Below, piece after piece: positions 45,690-55,828 of a stretch of DNA of 64,000 nt. The DNA is from an uncultured Chitinophagales bacterium. GTDB lineage: Bacteria > Bacteroidota > Ignavibacteria > UBA10030 > UBA6906. The position numbers were made by a program, and so were the translations under genes. Position 1 is the stretch's first letter, and the number at the start of each line of letters is the position of its first letter. The stretch covers positions 5,836-69,835 of the forward strand of contig CAZIHJ010000004.1 in NCBI GenBank assembly GCA_964538485.1, read 5' to 3'. Below the pieces are notes generated by a model that did no database searches, had not been told where the DNA came from, and worked only from the letters and a program-made list of their open reading frames with translations.

Positions 45690-46550
45690 CTACTTCATCG
45701 TTTTCCATTCAGCGATGGAGTCGTCGTTGAACTTGACGTACTGCGCGTTGCCGGCTTTTTGTGCGCGGGATTTGCTTGCTTCTGCCGACGTGATGGCTCC
45801 GGAGTAGTCTTTGAGTCCGGCCTGGATTTGTGACTTTAACCGCCATACCCAGAAGGCGTTGTCGCTCAGTTCGAGAGACTTGTTCACCCACTCAAGTGCT
45901 GTCTTCAGGTCCTTCCCAGCCGAGAAATAATACGACGCTGATTGGAAATACATGTTCGCTACCTCGCCGTATGGGTTTGCCGTGGCCTCCTTGATTGAAG
46001 CCATCACCTTGGTATCAACGTCGAACTCCATCCGGAACTTGACGGCGGTGTTCTCCCACGCCAGCTCGAGGTTGGCGGTACTCGCCGTAATGTCAGAGAC
46101 GTTAATGGTGAATGTCTCCACGGTAATCGGGAGACGCGAGGGCTTTACCTTGAATGTCGCCTGGTCTTCACTTTCGATTCGCTCCGGCTGGCCGGTGGTT
46201 TTCTTGTTGATGACGATCGTCCATTCATTCTCTCCGGGAATGGTGTAGAGAGAGTATTTGCCTGCAGGGACGTCGTGTCCTTCAAGCTTCACCGCATCAC
46301 TGAACGAAATCGTGGTCGGATCGTTCGCCCCGGTTCGCCATACCTGTCCGTAGGGAACGAGCCCGCCGAAAATCTTCCTCCCTTTCATTCCCGGCCTGGA
46401 GTATGAAACCGCAACGTCCATAATGCCGACTTTCTGCTCAATCTTCGCTTTCGGGCTCGGTTGGGGTGTCTCCAACTGTGATTTTGCATCTGGCACAACA
46501 AGTGAAAGTACTAATGCAATCACGAACCATCGTACCGAGGATCTGATCAT
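45690..46550 (-). CDS. DUF2911 domain protein, exported
   Basis: 286 aa with signal peptide. VWRTGANDPTTISFSDAVKLEGHDVPAGKYSLYTIPGENEWTIVINK is typical of DUF2911 (PF11138). Confidence 0.65.
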   Translation of the reverse strand: MIRSSVRWFVIALVLSLVVPDAKSQLETPQPSPKAKIEQKVGIMDVAVSYSRPGMKGRKIFGGLVPYGQVWRTGANDPTTISFSDAVKLEGHDVPAGKYSLYTIPGENEWTIVINKKTTGQPERIESEDQATFKVKPSRLPITVETFTINVSDITASTANLELAWENTAVKFRMEFDVDTKVMASIKEATANPYGEVANMYFQSASYYFSAGKDLKTALEWVNKSLELSDNAFWVWRLKSQIQAGLKDYSGAITSAEASKSRAQKAGNAQYVKFNDDSIAEWKTMK

Positions 46551-46618
46551 ATCTATTTCTCCTTTGTATATGTGATAGTGAAATGTGATGTCGTTCAGGC
46601 CGCGGGTTTCCGAAATAG

Positions 46619-47680
46619 TTACAAGGATGGCTGCTGTTGCGTTAGGCAGTGAAGTGTACCGAATCCCCAGACGAGGTCAACGGCATGAATGCCAATCACG
46701 GGACGGTCGGTGATCAATTCTGAAAGGATGCCTAACGCTGTCCGGTCGTTCAGATCGTTGAATGTCGGCACAAGCACAGCAGCATTGGTGATATAGAAAT
46801 TCGCGTAGCTCGCCGGAAGTCGGACACCGTCGAACACCAGCGGTGCAGGCATCGGCAGTTTCACCACTTCCGGTCGCGATCCATGCTCCAACCGCACATC
46901 TTGAAGACGGTCCTGGTTTTCCTTCAAGACTGTGTAATTCACGTCCACGGAATTCTTCTCGTCACAGATGACAATTGTTGTAGGATTTATGAATCGGGCG
47001 AGATCGTCAATATGGCCGTGGGTGTCATCGCCGGCAATCCCTTTGCCAAGCCAGAGAATGTTGGTAACACCGAGCGAATCGCGTAGCATTTGCTCTGTTT
47101 CAATCCGGCTGAGCCCGGGATTGCGTACCTGCGTCTTCTGATCAAGAAGGCATTCTTCTGTTGTCAGCAAAGAACCGCGTCCATTCACATCAATAGCGCC
47201 CCCTTCAAGGACAAACGACTTCCCGTGCCATCGCGGTTCAAACAACCGGAGGCCGAGTGCCTTTGCAGCACGCGCATGAATCTTCGCATCCTTCTTATGA
47301 TTGGCGTATTTCGCCCAGCCGACAAATCCGAAGTCATTGATTGCCACTTCATGTGCACTCCGGACAAACATCGGACCAAAGTCACGTGTCCATCCCCTGT
47401 CCGTCGGGAAACGAAAGAACTCCACACGGGAAATGTCAACGCCTACCTTTGACAAGATACGTTGTGCCGATCGCTCGTGCTCCTTTGACTCCACAATGAT
47501 GCGGGCCTTTTCGCCCGGAATAAGTGCACGTACAATCTCGCCGTAGACCCACGGGATTGGTGTGAATTTCCCCGGCCAATCGTTTTTATTGTGCGGCCAA
47601 CCGAACCATGTCGCTTCGTGGTGTTCCCACTCCGCGGGCATGTGGAAACCAAGAGATGCGGGTGTTGCGTTACTGGGCAC
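46619..47680 (-). CDS. aguA: Agmatine deiminase
   Basis: 353 aa. MPAEWEHHEATWFGWPHN start motif (alternative start at 47641). Porphyranase-type PAD fold with conserved C-terminal Cys (GTLHCLTQQ). Confidence 0.8.
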   Translation of the reverse strand: MPSNATPASLGFHMPAEWEHHEATWFGWPHNKNDWPGKFTPIPWVYGEIVRALIPGEKARIIVESKEHERSAQRILSKVGVDISRVEFFRFPTDRGWTRDFGPMFVRSAHEVAINDFGFVGWAKYANHKKDAKIHARAAKALGLRLFEPRWHGKSFVLEGGAIDVNGRGSLLTTEECLLDQKTQVRNPGLSRIETEQMLRDSLGVTNILWLGKGIAGDDTHGHIDDLARFINPTTIVICDEKNSVDVNYTVLKENQDRLQDVRLEHGSRPEVVKLPMPAPLVFDGVRLPASYANFYITNAAVLVPTFNDLNDRTALGILSELITDRPVIGIHAVDLVWGFGTLHCLTQQQPSL

Positions 47681-48609
47681 TATTGCTTCGGACTCCAGGG
47701 TTCGTCGTTCAGAAAGCGGCGGGTGATATCTCCGTACGCATCGATGCGCCGGTCGCGCAGGAATGGCCAGTTGCGGCGAATCTCTTCCATGTGGGCCGTA
47801 TCTACTTCGGCAAGAAGGATTTCCTCCTTATCGGTGGATGCCTCGGCGAGGATCACTCCTTGCGGGTCGGCTATGAATGACGATCCCCAGAACTCGATAC
47901 CGGGGCCGCCCTCCTTCGGTATTTCATGACCTGTGCGATTTGCGGCGGCGACGTACACTCCGTTGGCAATCGCATGTCCTCGCTGCACTGTCCGCCATGC
48001 CTCACGCTGCGCCACACCGTATTGGGTTTTTTCATGAGGATGCCACCCTATCGCCGTCGGATAGAACAACACGTCGGCCCCATTAAGTGCAGTCAGTCTT
48101 GCTCCCTCCGGATACCATTGGTCCCAGCAAATCAACGTGCCAATGCGGCCAACAGATGTGTCCACGGCCTTGAAACCAAGGTCTCCTGGAGTGAAGTAGA
48201 ATTTCTCATAGTATGACGGATCGTCCGGGATATGCATCTTTCGGTAGAATCCCGCAATCGCTCCATCAGTATTGATAATGGCGGCACTGTTATGATACAC
48301 CCCCACTGCACGTTTTTCAAAGACCGGAGCAATCACTACAACTCCCAACAACCGTGCTGCTGTTGCCAGTGCCTCCGTACTCGGACCGGGTACAGGTTCA
48401 GCGAGATCAAAGTGTGCTGAGTCTTCACGCTGGCAGAAATATTGCGATCGAAACAACTCCGGCAAGCAAATGACCTTCGCCCCTTTCTTCGCGGCAGCGC
48501 GCACCTTCTCAACAGCGCGACGCAAGTTGTCTGCAGGATCTGGAGTAACAGACATCTGAATAAGACCGATTGTGTAACGACGGGGATGCTGAAGAGTGGT
48601 CACGGGCAC
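47680..48609 (-). CDS. aguB: N-carbamoylputrescine amidase (carbon-nitrogen hydrolase family)
   Basis: 309 aa. IGLIQMSV...ICLPELF...catalytic Cys in TLICWDQWYPE. Glu/Lys/Cys triad context typical of N-carbamoylputrescine amidohydrolase. Confidence 0.8.
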   Translation of the reverse strand: MPVTTLQHPRRYTIGLIQMSVTPDPADNLRRAVEKVRAAAKKGAKVICLPELFRSQYFCQREDSAHFDLAEPVPGPSTEALATAARLLGVVVIAPVFEKRAVGVYHNSAAIINTDGAIAGFYRKMHIPDDPSYYEKFYFTPGDLGFKAVDTSVGRIGTLICWDQWYPEGARLTALNGADVLFYPTAIGWHPHEKTQYGVAQREAWRTVQRGHAIANGVYVAAANRTGHEIPKEGGPGIEFWGSSFIADPQGVILAEASTDKEEILLAEVDTAHMEEIRRNWPFLRDRRIDAYGDITRRFLNDEPWSPKQ

Positions 48610-48673
48610 GATTGATTGTCAATGAAAGGCATTGGCAGAATATACCTACGCAGTTTCTGAAAAGCAAGGCAGT

Positions 48674-50746
48674 TCATCGTACGCGTCCATTCCCTGATGT
48701 AAAGTATTCGTGAATTGCATATTGCGATCTGATACTTCTCTGCGTGTCACGCTGTTTGAACTGATCGTCTGCCGCAGCGTTAACGAGACGGGACTTCACA
48801 TTGTCCGAAAGTTGAATATCAATAACCGACCGAATTTGCTTCTGTAGCCGCTGATTGTAAATGGGAAAAGCAACCTCAATCCGCTGACTCAAATTCCGCC
48901 GCATCCAATCTGCCGAAGAAAGATAATACCGGGGATTTCCTCCGTTGTGGAAAATGAACACGCGTGCATGCTCGAGGTATCGATCAACGATGCTAACGAC
49001 TTCAATATTCTCACTCAATCCTTTTTTTGCGGGAATCAGGCAGCAGATCCCCCGGACGATGAGTTGTATGCGTACTCCTTCAGTACTTGCGTCGTACAAC
49101 TTCTCGATCATCTCACGATCTTCAAGACTGTTCATTTTTGCGATAATCGACGCCGGCTCGCCGTTACGGGCATTCTTTATTTCCCTGTCAATGAGTTTCG
49201 AAAGACTCTTGCGCAAAGTGAAAGGCGCAACAAGCAGATGTTCGAAGGTACCGTGCCGTGCTTTCCTCGACAGAATGTCAAAGACCAGTGTCACTTCATC
49301 GGTCAGCCTGGGATCGGCGGTCAACAGGCCAAAATCCGTGTACATGCGTGCTGCCTGTTCATTGAAGTTACCGGTACTGAGGTATGCAAGCCGGGTTGTT
49401 ATACCTGCCGATTCCATTGTCACAAGGCATAGCTTGGCGTGTACTTTAAGCCCGGGAAAACTGTAAAACACCATTGCACCTGCTTTTTCCAGTTCCTCCG
49501 CCCAATAGAGATTCGATTCTTCATCGAACCGCGCTTTCAGCTCCACAAACACCACTACTTCCTTGCCGTTCCGTACCGCCCGAAGCAATTGTTCAACCAC
49601 CCGGGACTTTCTGGCAACACGGTAGAGCGTTATTTTGATGGATGAGACCCTGTGATCATCAGCGGCATCAGCAAGGAACTGGATAACTGAATCGTATGAA
49701 TGTGACGGATAGTAAAGCAGAATATCCTGTTCCGCAATTTCCTCGAGCAACCGTGTTCCGGGCGGTACACAATGTATCGGCTCCAGAGACTCATAAGTAA
49801 GCTGCGGGGCTTTGGGATTGGGAAACGAGAACAGATCACTGAAATTATGATACCGGGCTCCCTCAATCATGTCATCGTCTTCCAGAGAATACTGCTTCTG
49901 CAACAACTTTCTGATATGTGCAGGCATACTCGCATCATACAGAAATCGGCTCGGTAGTCCGGTGCTCCGCTTCTGCAATGCTTTCTTGATTTTTTGTACG
50001 AGGTCTCCCGAGAACTCATCATCAATATATAACTCTGCGTCGCGTGTCATCTTGATAGCATACGCACCAAGGACGTCATGGTTTGGGAAAACATAAGACA
50101 GGTTTAATCTGATAAGGTCGTCAAGGAACATGATGTCATGTCCGCCTTCGGAACCCGGAAGTTCAATAAATCTGGGGTGAACATGCGTGGGAACATGGAG
50201 TATGGCGTACTGATAGTCAGGTTTTGACGAAGGGGCGTCTGTGCCCCTACGCAACAGCTCAACACAGAGGTACAGGCGTTTATTCTCAAGAAATACGGGC
50301 TCTTTGTCGCGCCGGAGAAACGATGGCTCCAGATGCAATAACACAGTCTCCAGGAAGAAGCTTTTTGCATAACTAAGAGCCCGTTCGTCGAGCATATCCT
50401 GTCCGACCAGCCGGATTCCCTCTCGCTCCAGATCCCCGATAATCCGATTTCTGAAGATCTCTCCGAATTCCTCCTGCTGGCGGGTAACAGTCTTGTTAAT
50501 TTGTTTGAGGAGTTTTATGGGATCGAAATCCAGTTGCCTTGCTTTCTTCTTTTTGAGTGCCAACAAGGCCCGAACAGAAGCAACCCGCACACGGAAAAAC
50601 TCGTCCAGATTGGAGGAGAATATTGCGAGGAATTTGATGCGCTCGAACAACGGAACAGTAGGATCGGAGGCCTCCTGCAACACGCGGTGGTTGAACGAAA
50701 GCCAGCTGAGTTCGCGGTTGTTGAATTGCGACTTGGAATCACTCAT
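48674..50746 (-). CDS. ppk1: Polyphosphate kinase 1
   Basis: Start at MSDSKSQFNNRELSWLSFNHRVLQEA (E. coli PPK has NKELSWLSFNERVLQEA). Two PLD-like C-terminal domains. Confidence 0.9.
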   Translation of the reverse strand: MSDSKSQFNNRELSWLSFNHRVLQEASDPTVPLFERIKFLAIFSSNLDEFFRVRVASVRALLALKKKKARQLDFDPIKLLKQINKTVTRQQEEFGEIFRNRIIGDLEREGIRLVGQDMLDERALSYAKSFFLETVLLHLEPSFLRRDKEPVFLENKRLYLCVELLRRGTDAPSSKPDYQYAILHVPTHVHPRFIELPGSEGGHDIMFLDDLIRLNLSYVFPNHDVLGAYAIKMTRDAELYIDDEFSGDLVQKIKKALQKRSTGLPSRFLYDASMPAHIRKLLQKQYSLEDDDMIEGARYHNFSDLFSFPNPKAPQLTYESLEPIHCVPPGTRLLEEIAEQDILLYYPSHSYDSVIQFLADAADDHRVSSIKITLYRVARKSRVVEQLLRAVRNGKEVVVFVELKARFDEESNLYWAEELEKAGAMVFYSFPGLKVHAKLCLVTMESAGITTRLAYLSTGNFNEQAARMYTDFGLLTADPRLTDEVTLVFDILSRKARHGTFEHLLVAPFTLRKSLSKLIDREIKNARNGEPASIIAKMNSLEDREMIEKLYDASTEGVRIQLIVRGICCLIPAKKGLSENIEVVSIVDRYLEHARVFIFHNGGNPRYYLSSADWMRRNLSQRIEVAFPIYNQRLQKQIRSVIDIQLSDNVKSRLVNAAADDQFKQRDTQRSIRSQYAIHEYFTSGNGRVR

Positions 50747-50836
50747 ATGAACAGGGATCAGAAATGCGCGGTACTGTATTGAAGATGATAAACACTTGGC
50801 AGAGAGCAACAAATGCTATCGGTTGATTGCCGTCGA

Positions 50837-52219
50837 CTACTCATCGCCCGTCAAGATCATCAATCCGGGAGCATTGAATTTCACCCAATACGCCTTCCCC
50901 GGTTCGATCGTGGGCACGGAAACAATCCCGCTGGAATATCCATAGAATGGTGAAGAACGAATACCGGGAGGTGTTGTGACAACATCGCCTGTGTCAACAG
51001 AAGCTGAGATCGATCCAATAATATTCCATCCGGCGACTACCGGTATGGAGTCAGCAAGAATGGGATCTCCAATAATAGGGTTGATTCCTGCTGATCCAAA
51101 TTTTGCCCAATAACCCTCGCCGTTTTGCAGTCGGGTTTGGGGCACATATCCACTGGCAGGATTGAATGAGAAAGCCGTACTTGAGGCGGCTCCGGGATAT
51201 AACTGATGCAATGAATCATCAGCATTGAGCACAGGATGCGAGATCATATTCCACCCATTTTGCAGCGACACGGAAATGGTGAAGTTGACAGAGAATGTCC
51301 TTGTGGAGCTGTAAGGTCCCCAACTGCTTGGGCCGATCCCCGCACGCACTCTCCACCAGTATGTTTGTTGATGCTGCAATCCGTTCATCACTGTCATTGT
51401 ATCTGTCAATGTGGAATCGACGGCTGGAGCGTTAAATAGTGAATCTGTTGAGACCTCCAGCCAGTACGCGTTCATGCCGGCGACTTGGCGCCAGACAAAC
51501 TGGACTGAATTCGATGTGATCACATCTGCGTTAACCGGAATAACAAGGAGCGGTTGAGCGATCATCGGAGTGGTGGTGAAACTCCTTGTCTCCGAGAAAG
51601 CGCTCGAGAGCGGGCTCCCGATCGAACGGACACGCCAGAAATACTCTGTAGAATATGCCAACGGGTTGGTCTGAAATGTCGTATCAACAATGCCGACTTC
51701 ATCAACAACAAGAGAAGAAAACAGAGTATCCAGACACACCTGGAGATGGTAGGATGTTGCTCCGGAGGAAGTCAGCCACCGAAGCAGTGCCGACAATGGA
51801 ATTCCTGTTGCGTTATCTGCGGGAGCAACAAGGGATGGTTGTTCAGCGGGAACAGTCGCGAGAACTCCGTAGGAATAATGAACAGGTCCGCCCAAATCAA
51901 TCTGTCTCAGCCGATAGTACCAGACCCCGGGAGCCGCGTTCGAATCTGTGAACGCATAGTTGTGAGGAGTGCTGGTTGTGCCGTTTCCAGGGATGAACGT
52001 TCCGGGGAGAGTTTGATAATTTGCCTGAGAATTTGCAGAACGCTGAATCTCAAATCCGAAATTCGTGATCTCAGTCAGCGTCGTCCAGTTGAGATGAACG
52101 AGGGTGTGATTAACCGGAGTCGCGGAGAAACTGGAGAGATTGATTGTCGCCGAAGCAGTCACCGGGAGATGCAACAGCAAAAGAATCACCAGAGAACATC
52201 TCATGAAAGGAACTCGCAT
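50837..52219 (-). CDS. Secreted protein with two FN3-like domains and a C-terminal ~120-aa tandem-repeat domain shared with two other proteins in the window
   Basis: Start at MRVPFMRCSLVILLLLHLPVTASA. FN3-like (...GATSYHLQVCLDTLFSSLVVDE...YFWRVRS...). C-terminal GWNMISHPV...GEGYWAKF...AGWNIIGSIS...GKAYWVKFNAPGLMIL. Confidence 0.6.
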   Translation of the reverse strand: MRVPFMRCSLVILLLLHLPVTASATINLSSFSATPVNHTLVHLNWTTLTEITNFGFEIQRSANSQANYQTLPGTFIPGNGTTSTPHNYAFTDSNAAPGVWYYRLRQIDLGGPVHYSYGVLATVPAEQPSLVAPADNATGIPLSALLRWLTSSGATSYHLQVCLDTLFSSLVVDEVGIVDTTFQTNPLAYSTEYFWRVRSIGSPLSSAFSETRSFTTTPMIAQPLLVIPVNADVITSNSVQFVWRQVAGMNAYWLEVSTDSLFNAPAVDSTLTDTMTVMNGLQHQQTYWWRVRAGIGPSSWGPYSSTRTFSVNFTISVSLQNGWNMISHPVLNADDSLHQLYPGAASSTAFSFNPASGYVPQTRLQNGEGYWAKFGSAGINPIIGDPILADSIPVVAGWNIIGSISASVDTGDVVTTPPGIRSSPFYGYSSGIVSVPTIEPGKAYWVKFNAPGLMILTGDE

Positions 52220-52235
52220 GCAGTACTCCAGAGGG

Positions 52236-53510
52236 CTATTTCCTCTTGACGAACACGTAGATTTCCATTCCCGGGACCACCACATCAGTCTGCAGACCAT
52301 TCCATCGCCTTAGCTGATCAACTGTAACGTCGTACTTCTTGGCAATGGTATTGATCGATTCAGCGCGTTTGACGGTATGGACGGTCAGTTCTCCTTCGTC
52401 CACTATGGGACTTTGCGCTTGTTGCGTTGCTCGTCGCGTACTACGCCGCTGCCTGCCTGTACTTGTTGATGGCTGTTGTGTCCCTGTCTGTGGCGGTGAA
52501 ACCGTTTGACGTTGTGGCGTTGTGGTTGTTTGTCCTGGTCGTTGCTGCGGCGTCACCGGAGGGCGACCGGTAGCCACCGGCGGGGTGGTGATCGGTTGTG
52601 GAATTACCTGAGGGGCGGGCGTAAGACGCTCGACGAGACGATCCAATCCTCTCACGAGATTCGGTTTGACAACAACAACGGTTGATGAAGTTGAGGTCTT
52701 CAGAAGGTAGTTGGTATCTGCGGGTGCGAGGGAATAAAGTTCCATTTTTGTCCCCCGTGCGCCCATCACCTCCAGCTCGTACTTTGGTCTGGTTTTGATG
52801 ATCATGGGTGTATCGATAAAAGCTTCTGCCTGAAGTCTGGTAAGAGAGGCAATCGTCTGGGCGACGACATCGTGGGGAATGCGTGTCGTGCGTGAGACCC
52901 ATTCGCTTCCCTCTCTCCTCAGTTCGAATCTTCTTGAACCGCTCGCGAGAGAAAAAGCTGAAATGGAATCGGCGGAGGTTGTATAGACAAGCCGTTGTCT
53001 CCAATCACGAAGCTCCCAATTCAGAATGGAAGGCGTCAAACCCTGGGCAAGATACACTGTATCGGACAGCGGCGTACGAACAAACGCACTACCGGGCGTC
53101 GGAGCCGCCTTACCGACTATGACGGCGATGCTCTTTCCTTCATCATTCACGAATGCGACGTTTGTACCCTGGTCATCAACCTCAAATACACGCTGCTTGT
53201 CGGGATTGGATGACACCAGGCCCGTAAGCCGGAATGCAGCGATACCCTCTTGCAACAATCGCACCTTTCCCGGATCTGCCGAAGCAAATAACGGTTCAGT
53301 GATCTTCCACTCGCCTCGTACTTTTTCCAGTCTCACAAACCCCTGCACGCGACTGATGTCAATGCGGACAATTCTCGCCGGATCCAACACGTATTGTGTG
53401 GTCGGTACTCTGTAGGTAGTGTCTTCCACTGCCTCCGGACCTTGAAGGAAATATGCCACGGCCAGGAGGACGAGCAGAACAACAAGAAGGATAAGATTTG
53501 ATCGTTTCAT
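52236..53510 (-). CDS. DUF4340-like membrane-anchored protein with Pro/Thr/Gln-rich linker and C-terminal LysM domain
   Basis: Start at MKRSNLILLVVLLVLLAVAYFL (TM anchor). Position and architecture match the DUF4340 partner of GldG-type ABC systems. C-terminal LysM HTVKRAESINTIAKKYDVTVDQLRRWNGLQTDVVVPGMEIYV. Confidence 0.6.
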   Translation of the reverse strand: MKRSNLILLVVLLVLLAVAYFLQGPEAVEDTTYRVPTTQYVLDPARIVRIDISRVQGFVRLEKVRGEWKITEPLFASADPGKVRLLQEGIAAFRLTGLVSSNPDKQRVFEVDDQGTNVAFVNDEGKSIAVIVGKAAPTPGSAFVRTPLSDTVYLAQGLTPSILNWELRDWRQRLVYTTSADSISAFSLASGSRRFELRREGSEWVSRTTRIPHDVVAQTIASLTRLQAEAFIDTPMIIKTRPKYELEVMGARGTKMELYSLAPADTNYLLKTSTSSTVVVVKPNLVRGLDRLVERLTPAPQVIPQPITTPPVATGRPPVTPQQRPGQTTTTPQRQTVSPPQTGTQQPSTSTGRQRRSTRRATQQAQSPIVDEGELTVHTVKRAESINTIAKKYDVTVDQLRRWNGLQTDVVVPGMEIYVFVKRK

Positions 53511-53518
53511 GGTTGCAT

Positions 53519-55828
53519 TCAAAAACTGTGTTTGTGCCGGCGACGCCGTGCGGCCTTGACCAACATCCATAACATTCCTCCGGCGATGACCACGCCCGGG
53601 GGTCCAATGAAGCTGAAGTACTTTGCAAAACTCTTTGTCTCTTCAGACACTTCTTCCAGCGGATGGGGGGCAACATCCCGCGATCGCACAGCAGTGAGAA
53701 CGGTATCCCCAACAATCCAATCGACAAGATTCACCGCAAACGCAACGTTGTCATAGTCTTGGACATGCTCATCAAGCACAAAATCCCCATCAGCCACCAC
53801 ACACAGTCGCGTAGGCTTGCTCCGAGGAATAAACTGGCCGGCCGTCATGCGTCCAACAAGATCGCGTAACGATGGATCACGAATGTCGGCAAAAGCGCTT
53901 CTAAAACTTCCTTCGAGTACCGCACCGAGCGGAATGCTTGTCTCGGAAAAATCGGCCGGAGACACCGTTGCACGCGGAGAAATGCTGACGCTATCAGCCG
54001 GGTAACGGCGGGAGAGTGTTGACGAAGTAACAACAACATGGTCCGTGACTCCACGAATACTTGCCAGCCGCATATCCAGAGAACTGACAAACGGAAACTT
54101 CACAGGGCCTGTGTTTCTCAGTAAGTCCCTATCACGCGCAAAGTCGGCCGCGACCGGATAAAATGGATACAGCACCTCGGATGCGTATGTATGCTGTTCA
54201 ATTCCCTCGCGAAACAGAAATGGCGCGCATCGACCATCCGCGACAATGTCTTTGCGGATGATCCACCCGTAGACGTCGAACATGTCATCCAGGTTGACAT
54301 CCATTGTACGGGCATATTTCATTTCCCCGTCAGGCACGACACTATTCATAAAAAAGGCCACCCTGCCACCACGCATAATATACTGATCAAGTTGGACCTT
54401 TTCGGTGTCGCTGAACCTTCGACCGGGGGCAATAACTAATATTGCCGCATACTGTTCGGGAGTAATGGCCCCGTCGCCGAGTTGTACAGGTGCAACAACA
54501 TGCTGACGTGCGAGTGCAGCGAGAAAAGTCGTCATGCGGTCGGCTCCTGCTCCTCCGCTATTTCCCAGAACTCCAATGGTCTGGGGCTCCAATGTTGTGA
54601 TCTTCTTAAGACTGCCGGTTATTTCATATTCCAATCGTTCGAGAGACTGCACAACGGGAAGTCTTTCGACTTTATCCGCGTACGAAAACGCCAATCCGGC
54701 GTATGCCTTCGTACTCTGATACCGATTGTTCTTGATCACCTTCACCTGTACTGGTGTAATGCCTTCCCGCAACGCTTCCTGTTCTTCGCCCGGACCGCCG
54801 AGCGGATTGATGAACTTGTAATGGAATCTGCCGTTTGAGTATGCGCGGAATTCTTCCAGCAACTGTTGGACGCTACGCCTATGATTATGGTACGGCGGGG
54901 GAAGCTCCGGGCTGAAATACGCACGAACAAGAAATGTATCATCAAGGGATGCGAGGAATTTCTTCGTGACATCAGATAAGGTATAGGCCTTGTTCTCGGT
55001 CATGTCCAATCGGACAAAATTTCTCACTGATAGCAGATTGACAAACACCAGTATTCCGATAATAATGCCCGCACGCATGAACCGTTGCCCGAGACGGAAA
55101 TCCTTCCAGCGCCACAAACTCTGTCCGGTTTCCTGAGTCGCACTCACCGTAGCAAGAAGGACGAACAGGACAATAAGTGAGAGATAGTAAATGATGTCCC
55201 GTGAGTCTACAACGCCGCGCGCAAGACCTGAAAAATGGTGCCCGATTCCCAAATATTCGACTGTGGAAACAAGTCCAAGAGGCACGTACGCCAACACTTT
55301 GTCCAATGCAAAGAGCATGAATCCAATAACGAAGCCAAGAATTAATGCGACGATCTGGTTGTCACTCAAGCTTGACCCGAAGATCCCCGCGGCAACGAAA
55401 ACTCCGCCCAGCAACACAAGGCCAAGATAGCCACCAACCAGCGCTCCGGTATCGAGATCACCGAGGGAACCAACCGTGACCACATAGAGCAACGTCGGTA
55501 CCAGAGCACAGCAGATCAGTACCCAGGCAGCAAGGAACTTTCCCACAACAATTTGACCTATGGCAATGGGCTTCGTTTTGATAACTTCGAATGTCCCCGC
55601 CCTCTTTTCCTCGGCGATGAGTCGCATCGTTATGGCCGGCGCAAATACCAGGAGCAACATCGGGGCAATCTCAAAAAATGTCGACAGCGAGGCCACGTTT
55701 GCAAGGAAGAGATTTGCCGAGACATACGCTCCCCCCAGGAACAGGAATATGACAATAAAAATATATGCAAGGCTCGAATCGAAATACGAGCGAAGCTCCT
55801 TTCGCAATATGACGCCGATGTTTCTCAC
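53519..55828 (-). CDS. ABC-2 type permease (GldF-like) fused to a GldG-like auxiliary domain
   Basis: GTG start at 55828 (VRNIGVILRKELRSYF...) directly after the upstream ATPase stop. ~270-aa 6-TM ABC-2 permease, then a ~530-aa GldG-like periplasmic domain and a C-terminal TM. Confidence 0.65.
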   Translation of the reverse strand: MRNIGVILRKELRSYFDSSLAYIFIVIFLFLGGAYVSANLFLANVASLSTFFEIAPMLLLVFAPAITMRLIAEEKRAGTFEVIKTKPIAIGQIVVGKFLAAWVLICCALVPTLLYVVTVGSLGDLDTGALVGGYLGLVLLGGVFVAAGIFGSSLSDNQIVALILGFVIGFMLFALDKVLAYVPLGLVSTVEYLGIGHHFSGLARGVVDSRDIIYYLSLIVLFVLLATVSATQETGQSLWRWKDFRLGQRFMRAGIIIGILVFVNLLSVRNFVRLDMTENKAYTLSDVTKKFLASLDDTFLVRAYFSPELPPPYHNHRRSVQQLLEEFRAYSNGRFHYKFINPLGGPGEEQEALREGITPVQVKVIKNNRYQSTKAYAGLAFSYADKVERLPVVQSLERLEYEITGSLKKITTLEPQTIGVLGNSGGAGADRMTTFLAALARQHVVAPVQLGDGAITPEQYAAILVIAPGRRFSDTEKVQLDQYIMRGGRVAFFMNSVVPDGEMKYARTMDVNLDDMFDVYGWIIRKDIVADGRCAPFLFREGIEQHTYASEVLYPFYPVAADFARDRDLLRNTGPVKFPFVSSLDMRLASIRGVTDHVVVTSSTLSRRYPADSVSISPRATVSPADFSETSIPLGAVLEGSFRSAFADIRDPSLRDLVGRMTAGQFIPRSKPTRLCVVADGDFVLDEHVQDYDNVAFAVNLVDWIVGDTVLTAVRSRDVAPHPLEEVSEETKSFAKYFSFIGPPGVVIAGGMLWMLVKAARRRRHKHSF

